The position numbers were made by a program, and so were the translations under genes. From Elusimicrobiota bacterium (GTDB lineage: Bacteria > Elusimicrobiota > Endomicrobiia > Endomicrobiales > JBDRNC01): a stretch of 64,000 nucleotides of DNA. The first letter of the stretch is position 1. Every line of letters starts with the position of its first letter. Of this stretch, positions 46,727 to 56,341 are shown piece after piece. The notes under the pieces are model-generated. The model had not been told where the DNA came from. It searched no databases and saw only the letters and a program-made list of their open reading frames with translations. The stretch lies in assembly GCA_043811535.1 (NCBI GenBank), contig JBDRNC010000028.1, forward strand, positions 96,001-160,000. Direction: 5' to 3'.

Positions 46727-47092
46727 ATGGCGATAGATTGGCGGCGCAGACATACAAGGATGGCCTGTTTTCTGCCTTCCTATATAAATTATTCGGTCCT
46801 TATAAACGTTAAGTCCGAAGGCGGGGGCGGCGGCGACGGTTGGGGCGTAATCCAGGATATCAGCATGGGCGGGATAAGGATAGAAACTCGCGTGCCCATC
46901 CAGGTGGGCCAAGCGATGTTCATAAGCTTCGGCATTTCCGATAATTTCACGTTCGCCAACACCAAATGCGTGGTCAAGAGGATTACAAGGATAGGGATAT
47001 ACTATATATGCGGGCTTGAATTCGTCAATCTCGTTGACAGGCAGCACCTGAAAGACGCGCTGGAACACATGATTTTGTTTGACAATGAATAA
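46727..47092 (+). CDS. PilZ domain protein
   Basis: RRHTR (RxxxR), DISMGG. Confidence 0.85.
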   Translation: MAIDWRRRHTRMACFLPSYINYSVLINVKSEGGGGGDGWGVIQDISMGGIRIETRVPIQVGQAMFISFGISDNFTFANTKCVVKRITRIGIYYICGLEFVNLVDRQHLKDALEHMILFDNE

Positions 47093-47273
47093 CATTTAAG
47101 ACAAACACCAAACACTAAACTCTAAATACTAAATAAACTCAAAGCAACAAACACAAAACACAAACACGGCAGTTTTGTTTGAAATTTGAATTTATTATTT
47201 TGTGTTTATTTAGTGTTTGGAGTTTTGTATTTAGTATTTAACGAATGACTGGGGTTACGGAAATAGGATTTCT

Positions 47274-47621
47274 GTGATAAAAAGAAAAAACGATCAAAAA
47301 ACCGAAATGAGGAAGGAAATACGGGGCGGGCCGGGCGAGGTGCGCATGACGCACCACCTTCAAAAGGAAGATTTTACCGCCAAATGCAGGCTTTGCGCGA
47401 AATTAGTTCTACCCCCCGGCTCGGGGATCGGACTGCACGAACATAAGGATGAGGATGAAGTATTCATAATACAGCAGGGCAAAGGCGAGATGGACGATAA
47501 CGGAAAGAAAATTGAGATTAATGCCGGAGACGCGGTGATAACGGGAAAAGGCAGCACACACTCCATACTTAATACCGGAAATGAAGACCTTATAGTTACC
47601 GCAATAATAATACAATACTGA
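47274..47621 (+). CDS. Cupin_2 domain protein
   Basis: GLHEH..EDE, THSILNTG. Confidence 0.88.
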   Translation: MIKRKNDQKTEMRKEIRGGPGEVRMTHHLQKEDFTAKCRLCAKLVLPPGSGIGLHEHKDEDEVFIIQQGKGEMDDNGKKIEINAGDAVITGKGSTHSILNTGNEDLIVTAIIIQY

Positions 47622-47693
47622 TAAAACCGTATTCCGTCGTCCGTCGTTCGTTAACAGAATACTGAATACGAAATACGGACGACGGTATTTAAC

Positions 47694-48797
47694 ATGGAAT
47701 TTCCTAAAGAAGTAATGCTGCCTCAGAAAACTATTTTCGCGTCCGGCGCGTCCTCGCGAATCGCGGAGGAATCGCTGTCGTTCGGAAATGAAGGCCTCAT
47801 TGTGCACGGGCGTTCCCTGGAGAAAAGCGGGAAGCTCGAGGAGATCCTTAAAATATTCCCCTCCCCGGCAAAAATAAGCACTATATGCAGAAGCAGCGGC
47901 GAGCCGGATATTGAAGAGGTTTCAGGCGCTGTCGCGGCTGCGCGAAAGATCGGCGCCAAATGGATCGCAGGGATAGGAGGCGGAAGCGCGCTTGACCTTG
48001 CGAAAGCGGCGGCCGGGCTTTATAACGCAAAGGAGAACCCGTCGTATTATCAGGAAGACGGCAAACTGAAAGAAAGGGGCATACCGTTCATAGCGGCGCC
48101 CACAACGGCCGGAACCGGCTCCGAGGCCACCGTGAATTCAGTCATAATCAACAGGCAGAAAAACTCAAAACTTTCAATACGGGACAACAGTTTTCTCGCC
48201 AAGACCGTCATTCTCGACCCGGAACTGCTGAAAGGGACGCCGAAAGAGATAATCAGTTCGGCCGGGATGGACGCCCTCGTGCAGGCCTATGAGGCGTATA
48301 TCTCAAAGAACTCCACAAGATTCACCGATATGTACGCGCTGCGCGCGCTGTCCCTTATAAACCAGAATATACTTGGAGCGCACAAATCTCCCAACGATGA
48401 AAATCTCTCGGCGATGTTGATAGGGAGTTATTACGCGGGCATCGCTCTCGCGCACGCGCGTCTCGGCGTGATCCACGGCATTGCGCACCCGCTCGGCGTA
48501 TTGTACGGCAAGCCGCACGGGCTGATATGCGCGCTGTGCCTGCCCGCTTCCGTCAAATTGAACAGGGAAGCGATGGGAAAGAAGTATAAATACATCAGCA
48601 CCGATACAGGCATAGATTTTCTTGAGAGAGCGCAGGTGCTGCTGGATATGTTGATGATAAAATCGCCGTTCAAGGGCAGGGAGATAATAGAGAAGGAAAA
48701 AATAATTGACGAGACGCTCGAGTCAAGCTCAACCGCGGCAAATCCCAAGCCTATTACCCGCGGCGACGTGGAGTTCCTTCTGAAAGAACTGTTTTGA
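47694..48797 (+). CDS. Iron-containing alcohol dehydrogenase family
   Basis: GGGSALD, PTTAGTGSE, IHGIAH, PHG. Confidence 0.9.
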   Translation: MEFPKEVMLPQKTIFASGASSRIAEESLSFGNEGLIVHGRSLEKSGKLEEILKIFPSPAKISTICRSSGEPDIEEVSGAVAAARKIGAKWIAGIGGGSALDLAKAAAGLYNAKENPSYYQEDGKLKERGIPFIAAPTTAGTGSEATVNSVIINRQKNSKLSIRDNSFLAKTVILDPELLKGTPKEIISSAGMDALVQAYEAYISKNSTRFTDMYALRALSLINQNILGAHKSPNDENLSAMLIGSYYAGIALAHARLGVIHGIAHPLGVLYGKPHGLICALCLPASVKLNREAMGKKYKYISTDTGIDFLERAQVLLDMLMIKSPFKGREIIEKEKIIDETLESSSTAANPKPITRGDVEFLLKELF

Positions 48798-48812
48798 ATT
48801 ACATAGAAATAT

Positions 48813-49448
48813 TCAAGAGGTTTTTTGGCGTCTTTTTAAGTAAAGGTAAACAGCCGCAAATGTCAGTATTACCGCAAGAACCGAAAGTATGGACCAGAAT
48901 CCGCGCATTCTTTCAATGATTTGGCGGACGCGGTCCCCCGCAAGCATGCCGGACAGAGCGATAGCACAGAAGAAAAATAGATTGCTCGCAAGAATACCGA
49001 ACACGGCCTTCTTTGTTTCCAGTTTCAGTATCCCGCTGCATACCAGCGCGCAGAAATTCATGCCGGGCACGAGTTTCCCCAAAAAAAGCGCCCATACCCC
49101 GTACTTCTGGAACCACAGGGACGCCTTGTCGTAGGACTGCCTGTTAATCAGCCTGTTAAAAGGCGGTTTTTCTAAAAAGGAACTCCCGTAGACGCGCGCG
49201 AGGTGATATAGAGCCATCCCCCCGAGGAACATTCCCGATGTTGTAGAAATAATTACGACAAGAAGCGAACCGTGCCCTATTGACGCCATGTATCCGGCCG
49301 CGAGCGTCGCGGCTTCCACGGGCACCGGAGGAAAAAACGTGTTGGCAAGCGATGCGAAGAAAAGAAGCAGGAAAAGATAATCCGGCTGGTCTATAAAAAG
49401 GTGTACATGCTTGATCAATTCAGAGAATAAAGCGCTGATGTTATCCAT
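48813..49448 (-). CDS. DedA family membrane protein
   Basis: FPPVPVE, WFQKYG...LFLGKLVPG. Confidence 0.85.
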   Translation of the reverse strand: MDNISALFSELIKHVHLFIDQPDYLFLLLFFASLANTFFPPVPVEAATLAAGYMASIGHGSLLVVIISTTSGMFLGGMALYHLARVYGSSFLEKPPFNRLINRQSYDKASLWFQKYGVWALFLGKLVPGMNFCALVCSGILKLETKKAVFGILASNLFFFCAIALSGMLAGDRVRQIIERMRGFWSILSVLAVILTFAAVYLYLKRRQKTS

Positions 49449-49737
49449 TTGAGGTATCCATTCTATTATTTTATGACACTAAACGCAACGAAGTCGTTCT
49501 TGTAAAATACGGGCAAAAAGTGTAAAATACCTATTAACGACGATTACGCAGATTACTAACGGCGATTACACGGATTAAAGCCAAGATTTCACAGATAAAC
49601 ATATAATCCTATATAAAGAGTTCATTCCGCCTGCGCCTAACATGTTGACAATAGACACAGCTATTCGCTGTATTGTCAACATAGCTTCGGCGGATTTCGC
49701 GATAAGACGATAAAATAAAAACACTAGAGGTGCTCAA

Positions 49738-50358
49738 ATGTTTGCGGGAAAAACTTTCTGGCAGGTCTTTGGCATGGGCGGCACGACGATGTATGTGCTG
49801 CTTATGTGTTCGGTCATATCTATAGCGGTTATGATAAACCGGCTCATCGATTACATGAAAAAGTCAAAAATCACCAGAACCGACTTCATGGATAAAATAA
49901 TTAAGGAATTGAAAGAAGGCAGCATCGAGAAGGCGCAGGAAACATGCAGGCATGCCAAAGCCCCGTTCGCGAAGGTTGTGCTGGCGGGACTCCGGCTTTC
50001 CGGGCACAACGAGAAGATCATCTCAAATGCCATGGAGCGCGAGGTGACCATTGAAGTGATAAAACTTGAAAAATACACGAGTATCGTCGGAACCATAGGC
50101 AACACGGCCGTCTATATCGGCCTTTTCGGCACGGTGCTGGGGATAATCAGGGCTTTTCACGACATCTCTTTCATAGGGGCCGGCGGGATAAACGTGGTTA
50201 TCGGCGGCGTGGCCGAGGCCCTTATAGCGACGGCATCCGGCCTGGCGGTTGCGGTGCCGGCGGTCATAGCGTACAACTATTTCATCAAGCGGATAGATAA
50301 CTTTGTCAATGATATGGAACTTTGCGCCTCGGAGATACTGGACCTGATAGCCAAGTGA
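49738..50358 (+). CDS. MotA/TolQ/ExbB proton channel protein
   Basis: IGLFGTVLGII, EALIATASGLAVAVPA. Confidence 0.93.
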   Translation: MFAGKTFWQVFGMGGTTMYVLLMCSVISIAVMINRLIDYMKKSKITRTDFMDKIIKELKEGSIEKAQETCRHAKAPFAKVVLAGLRLSGHNEKIISNAMEREVTIEVIKLEKYTSIVGTIGNTAVYIGLFGTVLGIIRAFHDISFIGAGGINVVIGGVAEALIATASGLAVAVPAVIAYNYFIKRIDNFVNDMELCASEILDLIAK

Positions 50359-50496
50359 AGCCACCACGAATTTACATTCGTGGTATGCTTCATTACTTCG
50401 GCGGATTATCCTTTTCACATTCATCTAGCGTTTTATGCATCCTTTCGAAACTTTAACGCAAGAGGACGTCCGTAGTATTCTGCGAAGGCGGATAAA

Positions 50497-50904
50497 ATGA
50501 ATATCAGAAAACACAAGCGCGCTCAATTGATGGCAGAAATAAACATAACGCCTTTCACGGACGTCGTGCTGGTGCTTTTGGTAATATTCATGGTCACGAC
50601 GCCGATAATACTTCAATCGGGCATAAAGGTAACGCTTCCCAAGGCGAGCAGCGCCGAAGCGGAATCCGACAAGAACCTTGTCATCACGATAGACTCGGCC
50701 GGCAATATCTTCGTGGAAGAGCATAAAGTGCCGCTGGAAGACCTTGAGAAGGAGCTTACCGCGGTGCTGGGCAACAAGCCGGGCGCCGCGGTGATAATCA
50801 AGGGCGACAAGGAAGTTAAATACGACACCGTAATTCAGGTGCTCGACACGGCCAAGCTGTGCGGCGCAAGGAAGTTCGCCCTCGGGGTGGAAGTGAAGAA
50901 GTGA
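50497..50904 (+). CDS. ExbD/TolR family protein
   Basis: EINITPFTDVVLVLLVIFMV, IKGD. Confidence 0.93.
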   Translation: MNIRKHKRAQLMAEINITPFTDVVLVLLVIFMVTTPIILQSGIKVTLPKASSAEAESDKNLVITIDSAGNIFVEEHKVPLEDLEKELTAVLGNKPGAAVIIKGDKEVKYDTVIQVLDTAKLCGARKFALGVEVKK

Positions 50905-51120
50905 GGCGGTTCCCGCCGCTAAAACTAGGCGGGCAGGCGTAGTACGGAGTTCGTAGATAAGGCAATACGAGAAAAAAGGCCCCGCGATGAAAAACATCCG
51001 GGGTATTATTTTGCCTGTCTCGTCCGCCCGCGCAGGCTTGGGGGGCAGGACTTCCCTTATGGCTGACAAAGCTGCGGAAATGCCACGGTAATACCATATA
51101 GAAATATTTTAAAATATTTA

Positions 51121-51150
51121 TTGACATTTTAATGCTTTTTGTTATACTAT
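51121..51150 (+). promoter_or_regulatory. Sigma70 promoter for the RRE/precursor transcript
   Basis: TTGACA-N16-TATACT with TGn extension. Confidence 0.7.
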
Positions 51151-51201
51151 CTATGTAGACGCGAACAAACGCCGCTTTCCTTAAAAATACTACAGATATC
51201 A

Positions 51202-51468
51202 ATGAAATATACAATCGCTAAGAATATATCCTACAGAGAGCTTGAGAACGAAGTGGTTGTTCTGAATTTGAGCAACGGCCTTTATTACACGCTCAACGAT
51301 ACATCCAGCAATATATGGAAAATGCTCTTTGTTAAGAAAATGGCTGTCCAGAAGATAGTGGACGGCCTGCACAAAAAGTATAAACAGGACACCGGCGTCA
51401 TTAAGGCCGACGTTAAAGAGCAGCTGGATTACTGGCTGAAAGAGAAGTTGATCGCGGAGCAGAAGTAG
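51202..51468 (+). CDS. PqqD family RiPP recognition element (lasso B1-like)
   Basis: ENEVVVLNLSNGLYYTLNDT...IW...Y...IKADV..L...LI pattern; 88 aa from ATG 51202. Confidence 0.88.
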   Translation: MKYTIAKNISYRELENEVVVLNLSNGLYYTLNDTSSNIWKMLFVKKMAVQKIVDGLHKKYKQDTGVIKADVKEQLDYWLKEKLIAEQK

Positions 51469-51491
51469 AAAAGGGGAGGTGTTGGTTCTCT

Positions 51492-51662
51492 ATGGAAACT
51501 AAGGGAAAAGACACGAAGTACGTCAAGCCCAGCACAAAAAAGTTCAAGCCGATTGACATCGTTAAGGGTTCGGGCTACGGTTATTATTATTACAGTCTGT
51601 ACTACAGTCTTTATTATTACAGCCTGTACTATTACTATTACAGCCTGTATCACTATCATTAA
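51492..51662 (+). CDS. Putative RiPP precursor peptide, Tyr-rich (56 aa, not in ORF track)
   Basis: METKGKDTKYVKPSTKKFKPIDIVKGSGYGYYYYSLYYSLYYYSLYYYYYSLYHYH; AAGGGGAGGT SD at 51471-51480; directly follows the RRE gene. Confidence 0.85.
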   Translation: METKGKDTKYVKPSTKKFKPIDIVKGSGYGYYYYSLYYSLYYYSLYYYYYSLYHYH

Positions 51663-51738
51663 AAGTTTTGGGGTCATGCCGGTTTGATTCCGCCGCCGCG
51701 GCAAAATAGAAAAACGCGGTAGCGAGCTTTATAATTAA

Positions 51739-51784
51739 AAATCCACTTTCCCGTTCCGGCGTCCCGGCATGGGAAAGTGGATTT
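51739..51784. terminator. Bidirectional terminator between precursor and enzyme operon
   Basis: AAATCCACTTTCCC / GGGAAAGTGGATTT 14-bp stem. Confidence 0.8.
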
Positions 51785-51806
51785 ATTTACGTCTATTTTC
51801 TAATTC

Positions 51807-52817
51807 CTAATCGCTAATCCCTAGAATTGTATCCAGGTTTGAATGCAAGTACTTCCTGCCGAGCAGATAGGTTTGTGCGCCGTTTACCAGTTCCGTGAGA
51901 ATGCCGAAGTGTTTTATTGAAACCTCTTTCCTGCTGTAGAAGTAGCTGTTCTTCATGATTAATGGCAGCGCCTCGATCGGTTTTATCCTCTTAAAGCCGA
52001 TTTTTGCGTTATTAACGATGAAATAGACCTTTCCGATGCCCGACTTGTCTATGATGCGCGCCTTGAAATAATCCTCTATCCTCAATTTGACCGAATTGTC
52101 GTTCTGCACCACCCTCTTCCCTATTTTTTTCTTTACATTGCCGAATTTCCCTATCATATCCTTGTTCAGCTTTACTTTTTCAACATAGGAATACGCTTTT
52201 ATCCCGCTTTTATCTTTCCTGACCATTATAAGGTCATCGCCCAGGAACGTGTAGTCCTTCCTGACGGCGGACAGCGCGGCAGTAGTTTTGCCGCAGCCGG
52301 AGGGCCCTATGAACAGAACGGCGCTGTCGCCGCGGCTTACCCCGGACGCGTGGATAAAGAACGACCCGGCGTCCCTCAGGCGCTCCACGAGCAGAATGTG
52401 GAGGAAATATTCGGGATTCAATATTGATTTAATGCTCGATTCGGCTATAGTGCAGAAACAGTCGTTCGTTTTATTGTCGATGATAAGCATGCAGCAGCGG
52501 TTGATCTCATACAGGCAGACATCGCCGCAATTGCGGAACGTAGTCGTGATATTAGGAAATACTTCAAGCACCCTGCCGGCTCCGCATTCCTTCCTGATGT
52601 TTTCGTAATCGTTCGACGAAACAACGTCGGCGTAGCAGTTCACCTCGGAAAAAACGCGTTCCGATTTACGCCCACGGTAATAGCCGAAGAATTTGCCTAT
52701 CTCGCCGCGGAGATGCTTTTTGCCGCAGTAGAAATTCAGGCGTATCCCGTGATAATATATCTTCAACGGAGATTTCTTCTTAGTAGAGATAAGACGGCGT
52801 GTTATATCCTTTATCAT
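51807..52817 (-). CDS. HPr-kinase-related P-loop kinase
   Basis: IHASGV, GPSGCGKTT, LGDD. Confidence 0.82.
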   Translation of the reverse strand: MIKDITRRLISTKKKSPLKIYYHGIRLNFYCGKKHLRGEIGKFFGYYRGRKSERVFSEVNCYADVVSSNDYENIRKECGAGRVLEVFPNITTTFRNCGDVCLYEINRCCMLIIDNKTNDCFCTIAESSIKSILNPEYFLHILLVERLRDAGSFFIHASGVSRGDSAVLFIGPSGCGKTTAALSAVRKDYTFLGDDLIMVRKDKSGIKAYSYVEKVKLNKDMIGKFGNVKKKIGKRVVQNDNSVKLRIEDYFKARIIDKSGIGKVYFIVNNAKIGFKRIKPIEALPLIMKNSYFYSRKEVSIKHFGILTELVNGAQTYLLGRKYLHSNLDTILGISD

Positions 52818-52823
52818 TAGTGT

Positions 52824-54038
52824 TCACCGGAGAACGCGTTTTAAACAGCTGTACAAATGAAAGAAATATGTCCTGAACACGCCCGTGTTTTTATCCAGTT
52901 TGTAATAGAATCTCAGCCATTCGGGCGGAAGGAATATTTTTCTAAGGATGAAATCAAGTTTGTTTAAGATGCCGCTTATCAGCGAAAAACGGATGACCGC
53001 TTCTTTGGATTCGATATACTTGAGGTCAGCGAAGGCGGCAGCGCCGTTTAGGAATACCCGCTCCACGACCGCCGGCAGCTTGACCGGCCCCGCGCCTTCC
53101 AGAGGGCGGAAGTAGCGCGCGAAGATCCCGGCGAAAAGGCCGAACGATGAATTCAGGTTGTATTTATCGAGATACCCGCGCAGTTTCACGGGGTCCATGG
53201 CGCCTTTTGTATATATAAGGTAAAGGTCGTTCAGCCAGTTCAGGCGGTACAGATAGTTCAGTGCCGCGTGGTGGTAAAGACAGTACGCGAAATGGAACTC
53301 GTTCTCAATGTTCATGAAAGCAAGTTTGCCGGCGCGCGACTCGAACATTCTGCCTTCAAGGTCTTTGTTACGGAAAGGATAACAGTTATCCAGCTCGTAA
53401 TTCTTGTTGAGCCTGGTTGAAACTTCAACGATGATTTCTTTGTCGCTGTTCTTGATGAATTGTGTTTCCCCCTTGAATTTTACCCCGGCCTCGCTGTCAT
53501 CGGGCCGGCTGTATCCCGTGGAGCGAAGGATCCCGCTTACCTTCGGTATGCAGTTGTCCAGCAGGAGAACGTCAATATCGTTCATGAACCTGTTTTCTTT
53601 GGAATAATACCCGTTGAGAAGCAGAAGCGGCCCCTTCACAAATACGTAATTGACGCTATTTTCCGCGAAAATGCCGGCCAGCCTCGATATTTCATCGGAG
53701 TAGCGGATATTCCTGTATTTGAGCACCGAACCCATCTGGCGGACTTCCTTCAGGAATTGTTCCGGTACACGGGATTGCAGGCCGAGCCTTTCTATGTGTC
53801 CGAAAAATGTTAATAAGGTCCCGTGATGGATCAGCTGCTTGAGCACGTAGCCCCAATCGCGAACCTTTGACGCGGATTCTGTTATACCTTCGCCCAAATA
53901 ACCGCGGTCAACGCAATCCAGGCAGGACAGAAGCAGCAGCCTGTTTTCGGCGACCGGCGCGGATTGATTAAATCCAGCGGATGATTTAAATCCCGTTTCT
54001 TTCATTTGTAGAATACAAGCGCGCGTTTTCTTTATCAA
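52824..54038 (-). CDS. Nucleotidyltransferase family protein (NTP_transf_5-like; start may be 54005)
   Basis: VKGPLL, RFMNDIDVLL (DxD), LYHH...RLNWLNDL. Confidence 0.82.
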   Translation of the reverse strand: MIKKTRACILQMKETGFKSSAGFNQSAPVAENRLLLLSCLDCVDRGYLGEGITESASKVRDWGYVLKQLIHHGTLLTFFGHIERLGLQSRVPEQFLKEVRQMGSVLKYRNIRYSDEISRLAGIFAENSVNYVFVKGPLLLLNGYYSKENRFMNDIDVLLLDNCIPKVSGILRSTGYSRPDDSEAGVKFKGETQFIKNSDKEIIVEVSTRLNKNYELDNCYPFRNKDLEGRMFESRAGKLAFMNIENEFHFAYCLYHHAALNYLYRLNWLNDLYLIYTKGAMDPVKLRGYLDKYNLNSSFGLFAGIFARYFRPLEGAGPVKLPAVVERVFLNGAAAFADLKYIESKEAVIRFSLISGILNKLDFILRKIFLPPEWLRFYYKLDKNTGVFRTYFFHLYSCLKRVLR

Positions 54039-54906
54039 AAATAAAGCCCTTTTCGATCAGGTCGGCTACAAAGGGCTGCAGCGCGTGCGATTTTGCGGGC
54101 TTCGGCGAGAACAGCGGGCGCGCTCCGGGCTTCGGCATGACCGCGCACAATTTTGAGAACACGCACCCGCGGCATGCTCCGTCAAAAAGAGGCGATTTCT
54201 TTGTGAAGTCGCCTGCGTAGAGTTCCTCCATATTGAGAATACTGCCGGACAGCGCGCACGCGGGGATTCCCCTGGCGCATGCCCAGATCTCTTTGCTTAC
54301 GCAAAAATCAAGGGCCTTTCGCAGGTAAACGCCTGCTTCCGAAATATTGAAGCCGGGATCGCCCCAGCAGAAGATCACCCTGTCGACGAAGGCGCGGTCG
54401 AATACCGTTTTGAGGATATCAATGAGACGGGTATAGCTGCCCGCGTCAACCGGAACTACCAGCGCGAGATAAATGGTCCTGTATGAATCAAAGCGGTTGC
54501 TGATCCTTCTGATATTTGTCAGGCCGGCGAGATTCCTTCTGATATTCCTTTTATCGTATGCATCACGCCCGCCGGTTCCGGCGAAAGGCATTACTTCGAA
54601 CATGTACGCGCCCCTCGCGATAACCTCGGAAAGAAAATCAATGTCCTCGAAACCCCGCGCGGTCGTCCTGACCATGACCCTTTTATAGTTGCGGCGGTTG
54701 ATTTCATGGAGTATCTCGAGAATGTCGGGATGGGACAGCGGCTCGCCGCCTGTAAGCGCTATATTGCGGTCAAGGTTCTTGTCGTTGACTAATTCCGAAA
54801 CGACGCGGCCCTTCGGGAAAAATTCACCGCCGCGCAATCCGGGTACAGCAACGGAACCTGTCCAGGGCCCGCCGGCGCACAATGAAAGCGTCTGGTATTT
54901 AAGCAT
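53986..54906 (-). CDS. Degenerate radical SAM-fold protein lacking CxxxCxxC
   Basis: LTGGEPLSHPD and C-terminal GIPAC...CRGC....LC retained; only one N-terminal Cys. Confidence 0.7.
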   Translation of the reverse strand: MLKYQTLSLCAGGPWTGSVAVPGLRGGEFFPKGRVVSELVNDKNLDRNIALTGGEPLSHPDILEILHEINRRNYKRVMVRTTARGFEDIDFLSEVIARGAYMFEVMPFAGTGGRDAYDKRNIRRNLAGLTNIRRISNRFDSYRTIYLALVVPVDAGSYTRLIDILKTVFDRAFVDRVIFCWGDPGFNISEAGVYLRKALDFCVSKEIWACARGIPACALSGSILNMEELYAGDFTKKSPLFDGACRGCVFSKLCAVMPKPGARPLFSPKPAKSHALQPFVADLIEKGFIFDKENARLYSTNERNGI

Positions 54907-56341
54907 TTGCGCCTCTTTTCTGGTATGCGGCGTACTCTTTCATGAAACTGACGCTGTAGGCCTCCAGGAGCCGCATTTCCGAGGAATTTATGGTTGACGT
55001 GGATTTTATGTAATAAGGAGGATCGATGGAAAACTCCAGCCTGTCCTTCGCGGCTTCCTTTCTCATCGGGGTGCCCTGCAGGACGCATAACATGTTCAGA
55101 AAGAGGTTTGTCGGCTTAAGTCCCGCCGCATACTTCATGCTCTTTATAAAGCTGAAATAAGTTTCACCGGGCAGGCCGTAGATAAGGTAGACCGATATGT
55201 TCCTGTCCAGCGTTTTAAGCAGGTTGACGCCCCGTTCAAAGTCTTTGGCGTTGAAGTACCTGCGGATCTTCTTGAGCACGTAAGGATTATAGGACTGCAG
55301 CCCCACGTCGAAGGCGCTGAAAACCGTCAGGTGCCCGAGCATCTCCTTTTTAAGCAATTCGGCGTAAATCTCTACGGAAATCTCGATGCCGCCGCCGGCG
55401 CTCGCTTTCTTTATGATATCAACCAGGGATTTCAGGCGCTTTAGGTTTGAGTTACAAAGCACGGGGTCGAGGATATGGAACTTCTTTATCCCGAAAAAGC
55501 TCATGCCTATTATTTCATTGGCTATCCTGGTATTGGGAAAATGCCTTACGGTCTTGAACCTGTTCGATTCAAAGCAGAAAGTGCACTTGAACGGGCAGCC
55601 GCGCGCGGATTCTATCATGCATCCCAGGCTGGACTTCCTCAATTTGCTCAGCAGTCTGGGGTCGTCGCGGTGATTAATATAGGCGGAAGGTATAGAGGAA
55701 AGGTCGGTTATAGGCCCGCGGCTCGCGGCGGGCACGGAATTTTTGGATGCCAGGCCGGGTATATCCGTTATCGCGCCCGCAGGAGTCTTTAAAAAGCGTT
55801 TCAGGAATTCAACGAAGGTATCTTCACCTTCGCCGTCCACCGCGAAATCAACATACGGGTGCTCCCTGAAGAAATCCCCGTCTATATTGGTGACTTCCTG
55901 CCCGCCGAAAACGATGACCGTTCCGGGCATCAGGAGTTTTATCAGCTTCGCCATCCTGACGCTGTCTGTGACGCTCCAGATATAGCACGAAAAGCCGACG
56001 ATATCGGGCCGGTTTGAAATTATACGGAAAAACGTCCGCCACCATTTCAGGAAATGCTTTGTTTTGTAATAAACATATGAATACTCCAGCTGGACGGCAA
56101 GCCACAGGGCGAATCTCCTGGAGCTTCTTGAACGGAAGTTGTACCAGACATCGGAGAGGTATCCTGAAAAGCTGTTTTTGTTCTGCCTGTACTTCCGGGG
56201 GCTCAATATGGAGGCGTCGATTATCCGGAACCTGTAATTATCACGTATGGCATCGTCGCGGAGCGCGTAGTCCCTGAGGAGATACAGGGACAGCGTGTAA
56301 TAGCCGTAAATGTTTATCGATACCAGCGAGACCTTTTTCAG
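54899..56341 (-). CDS. B12-binding radical SAM protein (probable CTG start at 56341; track starts it at 56206)
   Basis: PDIVGFSCYIWS, GGQE, GEGE, ESARGCPFKCTFC, IYGLPGET; frame open to 56404. Confidence 0.85.
   Translation of the reverse strand: MKKVSLVSINIYGYYTLSLYLLRDYALRDDAIRDNYRFRIIDASILSPRKYRQNKNSFSGYLSDVWYNFRSRSSRRFALWLAVQLEYSYVYYKTKHFLKWWRTFFRIISNRPDIVGFSCYIWSVTDSVRMAKLIKLLMPGTVIVFGGQEVTNIDGDFFREHPYVDFAVDGEGEDTFVEFLKRFLKTPAGAITDIPGLASKNSVPAASRGPITDLSSIPSAYINHRDDPRLLSKLRKSSLGCMIESARGCPFKCTFCFESNRFKTVRHFPNTRIANEIIGMSFFGIKKFHILDPVLCNSNLKRLKSLVDIIKKASAGGGIEISVEIYAELLKKEMLGHLTVFSAFDVGLQSYNPYVLKKIRRYFNAKDFERGVNLLKTLDRNISVYLIYGLPGETYFSFIKSMKYAAGLKPTNLFLNMLCVLQGTPMRKEAAKDRLEFSIDPPYYIKSTSTINSSEMRLLEAYSVSFMKEYAAYQKRGANA

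Noticed and set aside
51429..51704. 91-aa minus-strand ORF with VI/QAV repeats
   Set aside because: Antisense shadow of the Tyr-rich precursor; the + strand ORF has the SD, leader motif and operon context.
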